A stretch of DNA of 64,000 nucleotides from a bacterium (GTDB lineage Bacteria; Zhuqueibacterota; QNDG01; JAFGCO01): positions 4,348 through 68,347 of the forward strand of contig JAFGGN010000028.1 in NCBI GenBank assembly GCA_016930535.1. Direction: 5' to 3'. A program made the position numbers and the translations under genes. Below are positions 48,707-58,449 of this stretch, in pieces (position 1 is the first letter of the stretch; the number at the start of each line of letters is the position of its first letter). The notes below the pieces were generated by a model that saw nothing but the letters and a program-made list of their open reading frames with translations, ran no database searches and was not told the origin of the DNA.

Positions 48707-50635
48707 CTAAATCAATTTCTTGCCGCGAACCATATATTCAGTATGCAATAGTTTATGACTCTTGTGTCCGCAGGGCCCATCGGTCAGAAACTCTTTGTAC
48801 ACCCTCAATACGGCTTCGTTCATATATGATTTTCTGACCTCGCTGGCCTCGTCTTCCGCGTAAATGGCCTGTGCACGTGCCGCCCGGATACTTTCATTGG
48901 TGGGAATCGGCATACCGCCTCCACCGAGACAGCCTCCCGGGCAAGCCATGAATTCGATAAAATGGCATTCACTCAGCGGGCCTCCGGCCTTGATGTCCTC
49001 CATCACTTTCTGGGCGTTTGCGGTGCCGTGGGCCACGGCCACTTTCAGTGTGGCACCTTTCAGCCAGTTCCAGTCGGGAACGAGGTGTTTCAGAATATCC
49101 GGTACCGGCCCAACCTTGGAAATCGTCAGCTCGGCCATTTTGACGCCTTCGAATCCGCGGACCGGGAGAATCCTGGCCTTTTCAAAAACACCTTCTATGA
49201 CCTCGCCGGTCACAAGCTCATAAACTGTCCGGATCGCCGATTCCATGACGCCGCCTGTGGCTCCGAATATCACGCCCGATCCGGTCATGGTGCCGAACGG
49301 ATCGTCGAAATCAGATTTCGGCATGTTCAGCAGGTCGATGCCGGCTTCCTTGATCATCTGGGCCAGTTCACGGGTGGTCAGACCATAATCCACATCCTTA
49401 TATCCGGAGTCGTTCATTTCGGGCCGGTTGCATTCGAATTTCTTGGCTGTACAGGGCATCAGGGCCACGGTGACGATATCGGCAGGATCGAGATTGTTCA
49501 TTTTCGCATAGTGTGTCTTGATCAGGGCCCCGAACATCTGCTGCGGACTTTTTGCCGATGATACATTGGGAAGGTATTCGGGATAAAAATGTTCGATATA
49601 TTTCACCCATCCGGGAGAACAGGAAGTGAACTGGGGGAGGGCGATGGACTGGTCTTTTTCAACCAGCGCCTTGTAAAGCCGGAGAATCAGTTCCGTACCC
49701 TCTTCGATAATCGTCAGATCCGCAGTGAAATTGGTATCGAAAACCTTGTCGAATCCGCAATGCCTCAGGGCCGTATTCATTTCGAACGTGAGCGGATTTC
49801 CGGGTTCAAGACCGAAACATTCACCAATTGCCGAGCGGGGGGCAGGAGCCGTTTGAATGATCACGTGCTTGGCGGGATCGTCTATGGCATCCCAGATTTC
49901 ATCGCTCGGATCCTGTGCCTGCAATGCGCCTGTCGGACAGCGGTTGATGCACTGTCCGCAGTTGATGCAGATGACGTCCGACATCGGATTGTTCATAAAG
50001 GTTCCGATCCGCGTGTCGGCGCCGCGGTTCACGGCCTCATACACACCGACTTCCTGAAGATCGACACAGGTTCTGACACAGCGACGGCACAGAATACATT
50101 TATCTTCATCACGCACGATGGCATAACTGGATTTGTCCTTTCCGGTCTTCGGCTTGTCCACATGGCCGAAACGGTAAAAATCGACTCCGTATTCCTTGGC
50201 GAGAGACTGCAGTTCACAGTTGTTGTTCCGTACACAGGTATAACATTCTCCGTAGTGGGTCGAGAGCATGAGGTCGAGAATATGGCGTCTCGCCTGGCGC
50301 ACCTTGCGTGAATGGGTTCGTACGGTTATCGGCTGTGTAATCGGATAGGCGCATGAAGCCTGCAGGTTCCGCATGCCCTCCACTTCGACCACACAGATCC
50401 GGCAAACACCCGAGATACATAAATCCTCATGATAACAGAGGGTGGGAATCCGTATTCCAAGCATTTTGGCCGCTTCGAGAATAGTGGTACCCATCGGAAC
50501 ATTCACGGACTGATCGTCGATGGTCGCCTTGATTAAAGCGCCAAGGGCAGTGGTATCATCCGGCGTAATCACACAGGCCGCGGCCGTACTTTTAGCACCC
50601 CGGGAATTATCACATACATTGTATTTATTGGTCAT
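48707..50635 (-). CDS. hydA: [FeFe] hydrogenase group A catalytic subunit (HydA/HndD-type)
   Basis: H-cluster motifs TSCSPGW, MPCTAKKFE, EFMACPGGCLGGGG; N-terminal 2Fe-2S, HxxxCxxC 4Fe-4S and 2x[4Fe-4S]. Confidence 0.95.
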   Translation of the reverse strand: MTNKYNVCDNSRGAKSTAAACVITPDDTTALGALIKATIDDQSVNVPMGTTILEAAKMLGIRIPTLCYHEDLCISGVCRICVVEVEGMRNLQASCAYPITQPITVRTHSRKVRQARRHILDLMLSTHYGECYTCVRNNNCELQSLAKEYGVDFYRFGHVDKPKTGKDKSSYAIVRDEDKCILCRRCVRTCVDLQEVGVYEAVNRGADTRIGTFMNNPMSDVICINCGQCINRCPTGALQAQDPSDEIWDAIDDPAKHVIIQTAPAPRSAIGECFGLEPGNPLTFEMNTALRHCGFDKVFDTNFTADLTIIEEGTELILRLYKALVEKDQSIALPQFTSCSPGWVKYIEHFYPEYLPNVSSAKSPQQMFGALIKTHYAKMNNLDPADIVTVALMPCTAKKFECNRPEMNDSGYKDVDYGLTTRELAQMIKEAGIDLLNMPKSDFDDPFGTMTGSGVIFGATGGVMESAIRTVYELVTGEVIEGVFEKARILPVRGFEGVKMAELTISKVGPVPDILKHLVPDWNWLKGATLKVAVAHGTANAQKVMEDIKAGGPLSECHFIEFMACPGGCLGGGGMPIPTNESIRAARAQAIYAEDEASEVRKSYMNEAVLRVYKEFLTDGPCGHKSHKLLHTEYMVRGKKLI

Positions 50636-50646
50636 TACTGCTCTCC

Positions 50647-52347
50647 TTAAGCTGTTTGAACCCGTCCGAGAAGTTCGTTTTTAAAATGTTCGACAATGGA
50701 AAGGAATGCAGTCGGACTCGACTGGCCCAGGCCGCATTTGGAGGCGATCTGAATGGTATGGCCCAGTTTGATCAGCTCATTCAGATAGGAAGAGGAACAT
50801 TCGCCTTTTTCAAGCAGTTCGAGTCCCTCCAGCAGTTTGACATTGCCTTCCCGGCACGGTGTACACTGGCCGCACGATTCTTCGACAAAGAACTCCATGA
50901 AATTTTTGGCCACCTTGAGCATGTCCCGGTCCTGACCGAAAACGATGATCGAGCCTCCGGACGAGACATCTTCAAAGGCAATGGCCCGTTCAAATTCGGA
51001 CCGGGGAACACAGCGTCCGGACGCGCCGCCGATCTGCACGGCTTTTGCATCCTGGCCGCCGACTTCCTTTAAAAGCTCCTTGACCGAGATGCCGAAGGGC
51101 AGTTCAAAAATGCCCGGGCGCTCGCAATCACCGGAAACACTGAACAGTTTGGTGCCCGTCGATTTTTCCGTGCCATGCTGCATGAACCATTTTGCACCCA
51201 TGGCGCAAATCAGGGACGCGTCCACAAAAGTCTCGACATTGTTGACAATGGTCGGATGGCCTTCAAAACCTGTATCCACGGGGAAGGGCGGACGGTTTCT
51301 CGGTTCTCCGCGCTGCCCTTCCAGAGATTCGATCAAAGCGGTTTCTTCGCCGCATACATAGGCTCCCGCACCCATTCTCAGTTCGATATCAAAATTAAAA
51401 TCTTTCTTTCCGAGAATGGATTGACCAAGGAGCTTGCTGTTTTTCCGTTTTTCAATGGCCTGATTCAGGTGTTCACGGATATACTGGTATTCACCGCGCA
51501 GGTAGATAAAACCCTTTTCGGCACCGATGGCATATGCTGCAATGGTCATTCCTGCAAGCATCAGATCCGTTTGTTCATGCAGCAGATACCGGTCTTTGAA
51601 CGTTCCAGGTTCGCCTTCGTCCGCATTGCAGACCACGAACTTCATATCACTGACAGCGGCCCCTGCCAGCTGCCACTTGACGGCTGTCGGAAAACCCGCA
51701 CCGCCGCGGCCCTTGAGACCGGCCTCACGAATGATGGCGATGACATCGCTACGGGACATCCCGAGTGCTTTTTTCAATGCATCGCCATGCTTCAATTTGT
51801 TGCTCAGCAGGGGTCCGGATTTCTGAACGTCGGAGGGCACGATTTGCGGAAAATCGGATTTTAAAAAATTCCTTCTGCAATTGGCGATGATCTGGGGCAC
51901 TTTTTCCGGCGTCACCCTGGCAAAAAGCCGGTCATTCACCATGACTGCGGGCCCCTGGTCACACATGCCGAGGCAGTTTGTATACTCCAGTGTGAACAAG
52001 CCGTCCTTCGTGGTCTCACCGAACTGGATGCCGAGTTCATTTTCAAACTGCCTGGCCACACGGGATTTGCCCATTAAATCACAGGAGATGGTCTGGCACA
52101 GACGGATGACATATTTGCCCTTTTTAATATTGGGATGAAGGAAGCTGTAGAAGCTGGCAACGCCCTCGACTTCAACCGGATGAATATTCAGGGCATGGGC
52201 CACTTCCTGCATCATGAGTCCCGAAATCAGTCCGTATTCATCCTGAAGGTTCTGAAGAATCGGCATTAATGCCGACCGTGTCGTTCCATGGGCCTGTTTT
52301 AAATCATCGATCCGGTTTAATAATTTTTCTCTTTCAATCACTTGCAT
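50647..52347 (-). CDS. hydB: Fused NuoE-NuoF-like diaphorase subunit (HydC-HydB fusion)
   Basis: CQTISC..CLGMC 2Fe-2S; GRGGAGFPT, NADEGEPGTFKDR, YVCGEETAL, SCGQCTPCREG; ends without a C-terminal ferredoxin domain. Confidence 0.9.
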   Translation of the reverse strand: MQVIEREKLLNRIDDLKQAHGTTRSALMPILQNLQDEYGLISGLMMQEVAHALNIHPVEVEGVASFYSFLHPNIKKGKYVIRLCQTISCDLMGKSRVARQFENELGIQFGETTKDGLFTLEYTNCLGMCDQGPAVMVNDRLFARVTPEKVPQIIANCRRNFLKSDFPQIVPSDVQKSGPLLSNKLKHGDALKKALGMSRSDVIAIIREAGLKGRGGAGFPTAVKWQLAGAAVSDMKFVVCNADEGEPGTFKDRYLLHEQTDLMLAGMTIAAYAIGAEKGFIYLRGEYQYIREHLNQAIEKRKNSKLLGQSILGKKDFNFDIELRMGAGAYVCGEETALIESLEGQRGEPRNRPPFPVDTGFEGHPTIVNNVETFVDASLICAMGAKWFMQHGTEKSTGTKLFSVSGDCERPGIFELPFGISVKELLKEVGGQDAKAVQIGGASGRCVPRSEFERAIAFEDVSSGGSIIVFGQDRDMLKVAKNFMEFFVEESCGQCTPCREGNVKLLEGLELLEKGECSSSYLNELIKLGHTIQIASKCGLGQSSPTAFLSIVEHFKNELLGRVQTA

Positions 52348-52358
52348 TGAGATCTCCC

Positions 52359-52730
52359 TTATGCGCTGAGCAGTTTTTTGATCTGGGATAAAAGTCTTTC
52401 AGGGCGGATGGGTTTTTCTTCGAATACATCCACAGGAACGAGATCTGAGTCTTTGTCGAATGTCATGCCGGTAACCTTACTGACGCTCGACAGCATGAGA
52501 ATCGGCTTATTGAAACCCTGTTTGCGAATATCATATGCCATGGTAAATCCGTCGTCCGGGGAATCCATCATGACATCGAGAATCATGAGATCAGGAGCGT
52601 TTGCCTTGACAGACTGCATGCCATCCTCGCGTGAATGGGCGCTGATCACATCATATCCGTTGCTCTCGAGTAAGGCGCGAACCGCTTCGACAAAATCGGC
52701 ATCATCATCAACGATAAGAATTTTTGACAT
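52359..52730 (-). CDS. Stand-alone response regulator receiver domain
   Basis: KILIVDDD, PDLMILDVMM, EKP; GAGGAGG SD. Confidence 0.92.
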   Translation of the reverse strand: MSKILIVDDDADFVEAVRALLESNGYDVISAHSREDGMQSVKANAPDLMILDVMMDSPDDGFTMAYDIRKQGFNKPILMLSSVSKVTGMTFDKDSDLVPVDVFEEKPIRPERLLSQIKKLLSA

Positions 52731-52766
52731 CCAAAACCTCCTCATGCAATTCAGAACCGCCAAACT

Positions 52767-52784
52767 TTGTGAAAAAAATCACAA
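52767..52784. promoter_or_regulatory. Rex-like operator upstream of the hydrogenase operon
   Basis: TTGTGAA-AAAA-ATCACAA versus Rex consensus TTGTGAA-N4-TTCACAA (1 mismatch). Confidence 0.7.
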
Positions 52785-52930
52785 AAAAGTATTCAAAAAA
52801 AAGACATGCTGACATTCAGCTGCCTTCTTCTCCCGAAAATTTAGCATATAATGTAATAAAAAAAAACACGAATCAAAAACAAAAAATTGTCATATTGAAA
52901 AAAATATTCGATATATGGATATTGATTTAT

Positions 52931-52976
52931 AAAAAGCCCGGCCCGGGGATCTGCTGTTGCATTCTCCGGACCGGGA
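52931..52976 (-). terminator. Probable terminator of the TIM-barrel/DUF1080 gene
   Basis: Minus strand CCCGGTCCGG...CCGGGCCGGG followed by CTTTTT. Confidence 0.5.
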
Positions 52977-53022
52977 GCGGACAATTAAACCGTTCGCTGA
53001 AGGCAGATCATTTTTAAACCGC

Positions 53023-54450
53023 TTAAAGAGACTTGATATAGATATTTTTAAAATATACCGGAGCCCGGCTGTCATGATTCTGAAGACCGATATAGCCTTC
53101 TTTGCTTAACGACCGGACTTTGCCGCGGGGGACCGTTTCCCAGTCCACAATTTTGATGCCGTTCAGTTCGACAAACAGGTGCATGCTTTTATACGTGATT
53201 TTATAGTGGTTCCACTGGCCGGGTTCATGAAAAGCCAGGGATGACGGTGCGAGTGCATCATATACAGCGCCGGTCTGATGAATGCCGCGCGAAGCATTGT
53301 CGATCTGAATTTCATAACATTGTGCGATATAGTCGTTGCTTGCGACCAGTTCCGGAATACGGAGAAAAACGCCGGAATTGGTGACATGATCATCGCACAT
53401 AAAATCGAGTTCCAGTACAAAATCCCTGAATTTGCGCGTACTGTACCAGAACAGCCCCATCCCGCCCTGTCCTTTCAGAACGCCGGTTCGTTCATCTAAA
53501 ATAAAATATCCCGGACCGTACTGGTTCCATCCATGCTTGTGATACAATCCGTTATCCCGTCCGAGCAGTTGATCATAATCCTGATAATACGTGATGCGCT
53601 TCAGATATTTGAGTCCCTCAGCCACAGGGGGTGAGGGATTCATTTCATCTTCTTTCTTTTCATGTTCAATCGCCAGGAATCCGTCATAGTCCTGCATGGT
53701 CAGCTCGGCAAGCACACCCTCGATATTGCTTTTTCCCTGGCCGAAAGGAACATCGAATGCATCCGGGTTTCCGAAATCGTTCAGGTCTTTCAAATGCACG
53801 TTTCGTATGCGTCCGCTCAGTTTTTTCAGGGCGGATACGGGGCAAATGCCCGAACGTGTCCAGTGTCCGGTATCTGCACAGTCGCCGATTCGCGGATCCA
53901 GTCCCCTGATATGGGACAATACCGTTTCGGGATCCCAGTATTTGGTCGGAGGAGGATGATTATGAATAGCCACGCGAATGTCGTATTTCTGAACCATTTT
54001 TTCAATGATCGTGTAATCGTCAAAAGCGGGTTCGGTCACAATGGTGCGTATGCCCAGTTTTTTCGAAAATTCGAACACTGTTTCTGCGTCTCTCTCTGTA
54101 TTGTCAAAATTGACTACCCCGAAACTGACCAGGGATATATCCCGCTTCTTCAGTTCCGATTGTACCCACGCTATCTGATCATCGGAGAGATTCGTATCAA
54201 AACGATCTGGATCATCCGCATCCGGTATCAGTTTCTGACCGGGATATGCCTCAAGATAATGAATACCGAGTTCCTGAACCTTGTCCAGGGTTTCGAGAAA
54301 AGAGAATTTCCTGAATGTCCAGCATTGCATGGCGATTGGAAATTTTTTGATGCGCACTTCACTGTCGCAGCAGGTTTTGTCGCCATGACCGGCTGCCATC
54401 ACGGTCCCGAACATACAGACAAACAGCATGAAGCGTATTGCATTTTTCAT
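53023..54450 (-). CDS. Secreted fusion of a xylose-isomerase-like TIM barrel (AP_endonuc_2) and DUF1080 (3-keto-disaccharide hydrolase family)
   Basis: Signal; AIHNH, ADTGHW, VHLKD, AIEHE; then NSGVF..YEIQI..TGAVYD..WNHYKI..GYIGLQNH..VYFKNIYIK. Confidence 0.88.
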   Translation of the reverse strand: MKNAIRFMLFVCMFGTVMAAGHGDKTCCDSEVRIKKFPIAMQCWTFRKFSFLETLDKVQELGIHYLEAYPGQKLIPDADDPDRFDTNLSDDQIAWVQSELKKRDISLVSFGVVNFDNTERDAETVFEFSKKLGIRTIVTEPAFDDYTIIEKMVQKYDIRVAIHNHPPPTKYWDPETVLSHIRGLDPRIGDCADTGHWTRSGICPVSALKKLSGRIRNVHLKDLNDFGNPDAFDVPFGQGKSNIEGVLAELTMQDYDGFLAIEHEKKEDEMNPSPPVAEGLKYLKRITYYQDYDQLLGRDNGLYHKHGWNQYGPGYFILDERTGVLKGQGGMGLFWYSTRKFRDFVLELDFMCDDHVTNSGVFLRIPELVASNDYIAQCYEIQIDNASRGIHQTGAVYDALAPSSLAFHEPGQWNHYKITYKSMHLFVELNGIKIVDWETVPRGKVRSLSKEGYIGLQNHDSRAPVYFKNIYIKSL

Positions 54451-54538
54451 AGGACAGTCTCCATTTTTTAAATGAAAAAGAATTTTGATCTCATCAACCG
54501 GCTTTTTAACTTATAAGGTCAACTTTTCAGAGGACAGC

Positions 54539-55282
54539 ATGGACCTGTCTGTCGTCATTCCCGTATGGAACGAAGAATTGAAAATCGCACATGATATTGC
54601 GCGTGCCCGTTCTTTCATTGAGAATCAGGGTTTTTCCGGTGAAATCGTCGTTTCCGACGACGGCAGTACGGACAATACGGTTCAGGTTGTGGGAGCGGTT
54701 CAACAACGAAGTCCGGTTCCTGTCCGCATCCTCAAATCCGGCAGGCACTTCGGCAAGGGACATGCGGTTCGTGCCGGCGTTTTGCACAGTCACGGAGACA
54801 TCGTCACTTTTATTGACAGCGGAGGCTGTGTTTCTTTTGACGATGTGCTTCGTGGAATGCAAATGATACTGTCCGGTGAGTGCGATATAGCACATGCATC
54901 CAGATATCTTCCGGGCAGCCGGATAAGGAGGCATCAGAAAACCGCGCGCCGGGCTGCAGGATTTCTCTTCCGGAACTGGTGTATCCGTATTTTCGGTGTT
55001 CCGTCCCGGTTTTCCGATACACAATGCGGTCTCAAAATATACCGGGGAGAAACAGGACGCTCGCTTTACGCGAAAATCCGGTGCAGCGGTTTCCTTTTTG
55101 ATATAGAGGTGCTTCTGCATGCACTCAGCCGTAATATGAAAGTTATCGAATTCCCGGTTTCCTGGAAAGCGGACCCGGACAGCAGGCTGTCGATTGCCGC
55201 TGCATTGCCTTCGCTTGTAATTGAGAGTCTGATCATACTGAAAATAGTCGCCAGGATATTCCATCAATTAAAGATTCCATAA
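54539..55282 (+). CDS. GT2 polyprenyl-phosphate glycosyltransferase (Dol-P-Glc synthase-like)
   Basis: SVVIPVWNE, DDGSTD, GKGHAVRAG, DTQCGLK, FLFDIE. Confidence 0.88.
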   Translation: MDLSVVIPVWNEELKIAHDIARARSFIENQGFSGEIVVSDDGSTDNTVQVVGAVQQRSPVPVRILKSGRHFGKGHAVRAGVLHSHGDIVTFIDSGGCVSFDDVLRGMQMILSGECDIAHASRYLPGSRIRRHQKTARRAAGFLFRNWCIRIFGVPSRFSDTQCGLKIYRGETGRSLYAKIRCSGFLFDIEVLLHALSRNMKVIEFPVSWKADPDSRLSIAAALPSLVIESLIILKIVARIFHQLKIP

Positions 55283-56211
55283 GCATATAACCGGCTCATC
55301 GCATTTTTACGCATGATTTTTAATCCGGCACAACCCTGGTTCATTTCGCACATCCGGCCGATTTCACGCAGCGGCATGGCCATCAGACCCGTGGATAATG
55401 CATCGGAAAGTGCGGCAGTCGGTGCCATCGCCCATGCAGCCTGATTGGCCTGTACGGGTTTTCCGGATTTTACATTTATGATATGCATGCCCCTGGACAG
55501 GCCCGATGCGCTGAGTGCGCGATTGTTCAGCCGGATCCGTTTTTCGGCTTTTCTTGTGAATGGGTCGCTGATCGAGACCGGCCATCCGATTTCATCCTGA
55601 AATTGACCATATGCATATACCGTGCTCCGGCCTCCGTGAATCAGTGCCGAACCGATCTCCCAGTCATGCATCAGATCGACCATCCTGTCCACGGCATATC
55701 CCTTGCCGATACCGCCGAGATCGATCTGTGCCTGTTCGTGATTGAGCGTCACCAGATAATGTTCGGCATCGATTTCAAGAACTGAAGCCGATGAAGGAAT
55801 TTCCCCTGTCCCCCGGCGTGTATTCCCCCTGGAACGGCCGGTCAGATGGCCGACTATGGCATTGAAGTAACCCGAGGTCAGTTTTTCCGCATGTTGACAT
55901 TGCTGCAGACAGCGGAGCGTCTGTTCGCTGATAATGACCGGGTGTCCCGGCAATTGATTGATCCTGGATATATCACTGTTGCTGATGTACCGGCTCAAAT
56001 CGTGTTCGATCTGATCCAGAAGCACAAAGGCTTCATGTGCGGCCTGCCGCGCATAATAGGCGTTTGGATGAACAGTCCATATTTCGAATTGCGTATTCAT
56101 GGCTGCATGATCGAAACGCTGAACGGAATTCAACCGCTCAATGTCCGGAAGTTTTAAATTGAATGGTTCCCGAATCGCCATATTTATCCGATTTCCTGAA
56201 TTTAATCCCAT
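55264..56211 (-). CDS. apbE: FAD:protein FMN transferase (ApbE family), no evident signal peptide
   Basis: AMNT, SDISRIN, DLGGIGKGYAVD, SASG, HIIN, ADALST-like SDALST. Confidence 0.88.
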   Translation of the reverse strand: MGLNSGNRINMAIREPFNLKLPDIERLNSVQRFDHAAMNTQFEIWTVHPNAYYARQAAHEAFVLLDQIEHDLSRYISNSDISRINQLPGHPVIISEQTLRCLQQCQHAEKLTSGYFNAIVGHLTGRSRGNTRRGTGEIPSSASVLEIDAEHYLVTLNHEQAQIDLGGIGKGYAVDRMVDLMHDWEIGSALIHGGRSTVYAYGQFQDEIGWPVSISDPFTRKAEKRIRLNNRALSASGLSRGMHIINVKSGKPVQANQAAWAMAPTAALSDALSTGLMAMPLREIGRMCEMNQGCAGLKIMRKNAMSRLYAYGIFN

Positions 56212-57740
56212 ACATCCTTGCGAACATAGCCCGAAACCGGAACGCCGGGTCTTAATTCGATGTCGGTATCGAACAGCGGAATGTAAAGATATCGCTGCCC
56301 CGGAGGGGGGTCTTCGTACAGTATTTTGACAAGATCATTTTTCATGCACGATGCGATCACGATGATGGATGCCGGATGCATATCCGGAGAAACATGATCA
56401 CGCCAGCTGATGCCCTGATACTGCCTCAGCATCCATGGAAGCGGCCAGTACTCATGTCCGGGAACTGCGATCTGTATATCCAGATTTTTATGCATGGGAT
56501 GGCTGGCGGTTACATGATCCAGCGCAGTCTCTATTTGCGCGATTCCTGTGCCCGGATGAGCATAAACCCACGGATTCGCAGGATCCGCGGCATACGGATC
56601 ATTCACGAGAAAATTCTGCAGGCCCAGATGAAGAAGTCCGAGACCCAGCAATCCAGTCCCGATTATCCGGTATTTGTCTGCATGCAGCCGTTCCAGGATA
56701 AACGAGATTCCCATGCCTGCCATGATGATCCAGCCCAGCCAGAAGTTGAGCGCCAGCCAGGGCGTTTTATAGGGAATCAGGCTGTAAACCAGTGTCAGAA
56801 ACAGCGTATATGAAGCCCAGAAAAAAACGAATTTTTCGGATGATTTGGGCCGGAATGCAAAAATAAAACCGGGTAGTGCCAAAAGCAGGATCAGCAGTTC
56901 GGAGAAAACGGGACCGCCGGATGATTGATGGAACCAGAGCAGGCGCCGGGCATAGAAGGCAGGCGGGTGGAGGTGCACGCTCCCGCCTGTGCCCCGAAGC
57001 AGATAAAAATGCCAGCTGCTCCATGAATCAAGGATTCCGGCCATATCCGTGAATGCACGGGAATAGAAGAATGCGGATACAAGAACAGCGGCCAGCAGTC
57101 CGGTCAGCCAATGAGCGGACCTGATCCGGTGAAAGTTCAAGGACCTTCTGTTGCGAACAGCAGTAAGGAGAAAAGCCGCAGAAATGGCGGTCCAGCTGAT
57201 AACGGCCGTTTCTTTCGTGGCATGCATCAGACCGGTAAAAGCGCCGGCTGCTGCCAGCATCAGGACTTTTTTATAGAGAAGATACCGGTACAAACAGACA
57301 ATCAGGCCCAGTGTGAAGAATACGAACAGTGTTTCATGAATGTAATAACGGCTGTAATAACTGAAAACAGAAGAAAGTGCGATCAGTATTCCCGCCCATA
57401 ATACATGCGGCCGGGACAGTGAGGGGTGAAGACCCGGAATCAATAGGATAATGAGCGTACCGAATATGGCGGGAACGATACGCAGCATGGTTTCGGAGAC
57501 ATCCCCTGGCCGGGACCGTCCGGTGATCCATGTCACAGGCAGTGTGAAGTAATTCAGTGCAGGACCGTGGTATTCGGCCGGGTCATACTGATACGTTCCC
57601 TCCAGCAGATGCAGGAATTTCATGCCCTGAACCGCTTCATCGGTATGCATGGGGCGGTTTTCCAGATGCTGTACCCGCAATGCGAGCGCCAGCATCAGAA
57701 TTATTCCGTAAAGACCCGAAAATTTCCAGCTTGTTTTCAC
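56202..57740 (-). CDS. GT-C fold (GT39/PMT-like, TIGR03663/Agl23-like) membrane glycosyltransferase
   Basis: RPMHTDEA, YQYDPAEYHGP, YYSRYYIHE, ATKE, IPYKTPW, WPLPW; multiple TM segments. Confidence 0.8.
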   Translation of the reverse strand: MKTSWKFSGLYGIILMLALALRVQHLENRPMHTDEAVQGMKFLHLLEGTYQYDPAEYHGPALNYFTLPVTWITGRSRPGDVSETMLRIVPAIFGTLIILLIPGLHPSLSRPHVLWAGILIALSSVFSYYSRYYIHETLFVFFTLGLIVCLYRYLLYKKVLMLAAAGAFTGLMHATKETAVISWTAISAAFLLTAVRNRRSLNFHRIRSAHWLTGLLAAVLVSAFFYSRAFTDMAGILDSWSSWHFYLLRGTGGSVHLHPPAFYARRLLWFHQSSGGPVFSELLILLLALPGFIFAFRPKSSEKFVFFWASYTLFLTLVYSLIPYKTPWLALNFWLGWIIMAGMGISFILERLHADKYRIIGTGLLGLGLLHLGLQNFLVNDPYAADPANPWVYAHPGTGIAQIETALDHVTASHPMHKNLDIQIAVPGHEYWPLPWMLRQYQGISWRDHVSPDMHPASIIVIASCMKNDLVKILYEDPPPGQRYLYIPLFDTDIELRPGVPVSGYVRKDVWD

Positions 57741-58408
57741 AGTACTGGTTTGCCGTATACCTCGACTTCGATATAGTGGTTTAAATCATTATTGCTGTTC
57801 CCCCTGCTGTAGAGCCGTACGTAGCGGCCCTGAAGGCCCCTGGCATCCACCAGCTTGCCTTCGGCGGTTTCCACATAATGCTTATCCTTGCCATTACCCT
57901 GACCGGATGAATTGTCGATGTCATTGTTGAAAATGGTTTCAACCCCATCGGTGAATTCCGGATCATCCGAGATCTGTATCACCACGTCAAAGTACACGCG
58001 CGGCTGCTTGTGAAAATGCCAGAGCACAACAGCGTAGATATGGTGGTCGGAACCCAGATCGATGGTGACATGCTGAACGAATGGTCCCAGTTCGACGTAA
58101 CTGCCTTCGGCAGCCTCTTTGTCGCCATCCGTAATCATTTCTATTTCACCGATAATCGGTTCTTCATCCGTGCTCGATACGGATTTACCCAGAGCCACGT
58201 TGGTGGTGCCTTCAGGGGCCAGAAACGGCGGACGCGCCTTGCCCAGCGGTTTTTCCAGATTGGGAACGTTCATGTTTTGCGGTGTTCCCGTGAAAACGGC
58301 TTTCGGCAGTTTCAGGTCAATAGGTTTCAGGGACTGTGCAGCGGAAGTAACGCAGTAAACCAGCCCGATGCAGCCTATCATGCAAACTATCCTGTTTTTT
58401 CTCGTCAT
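57737..58408 (-). CDS. Secreted discoidin/galactose-binding-like (F5/8 type C) domain protein
   Basis: Signal; NVALGKSVSS..ITDGD..VTIDLG..GRYVRLY..NHYIEVEVYG; AAGGAG SD. Confidence 0.78.
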   Translation of the reverse strand: MTRKNRIVCMIGCIGLVYCVTSAAQSLKPIDLKLPKAVFTGTPQNMNVPNLEKPLGKARPPFLAPEGTTNVALGKSVSSTDEEPIIGEIEMITDGDKEAAEGSYVELGPFVQHVTIDLGSDHHIYAVVLWHFHKQPRVYFDVVIQISDDPEFTDGVETIFNNDIDNSSGQGNGKDKHYVETAEGKLVDARGLQGRYVRLYSRGNSNNDLNHYIEVEVYGKPVL

Positions 58409-58449
58409 GCCATTCTCCTTGTGATGCATGAATAAAAAGGCGATGCCGC

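Noticed and set aside
50647-52347. Complex I nuoEF call
   Set aside because: No other nuo genes; directly coupled to an H-cluster hydrogenase
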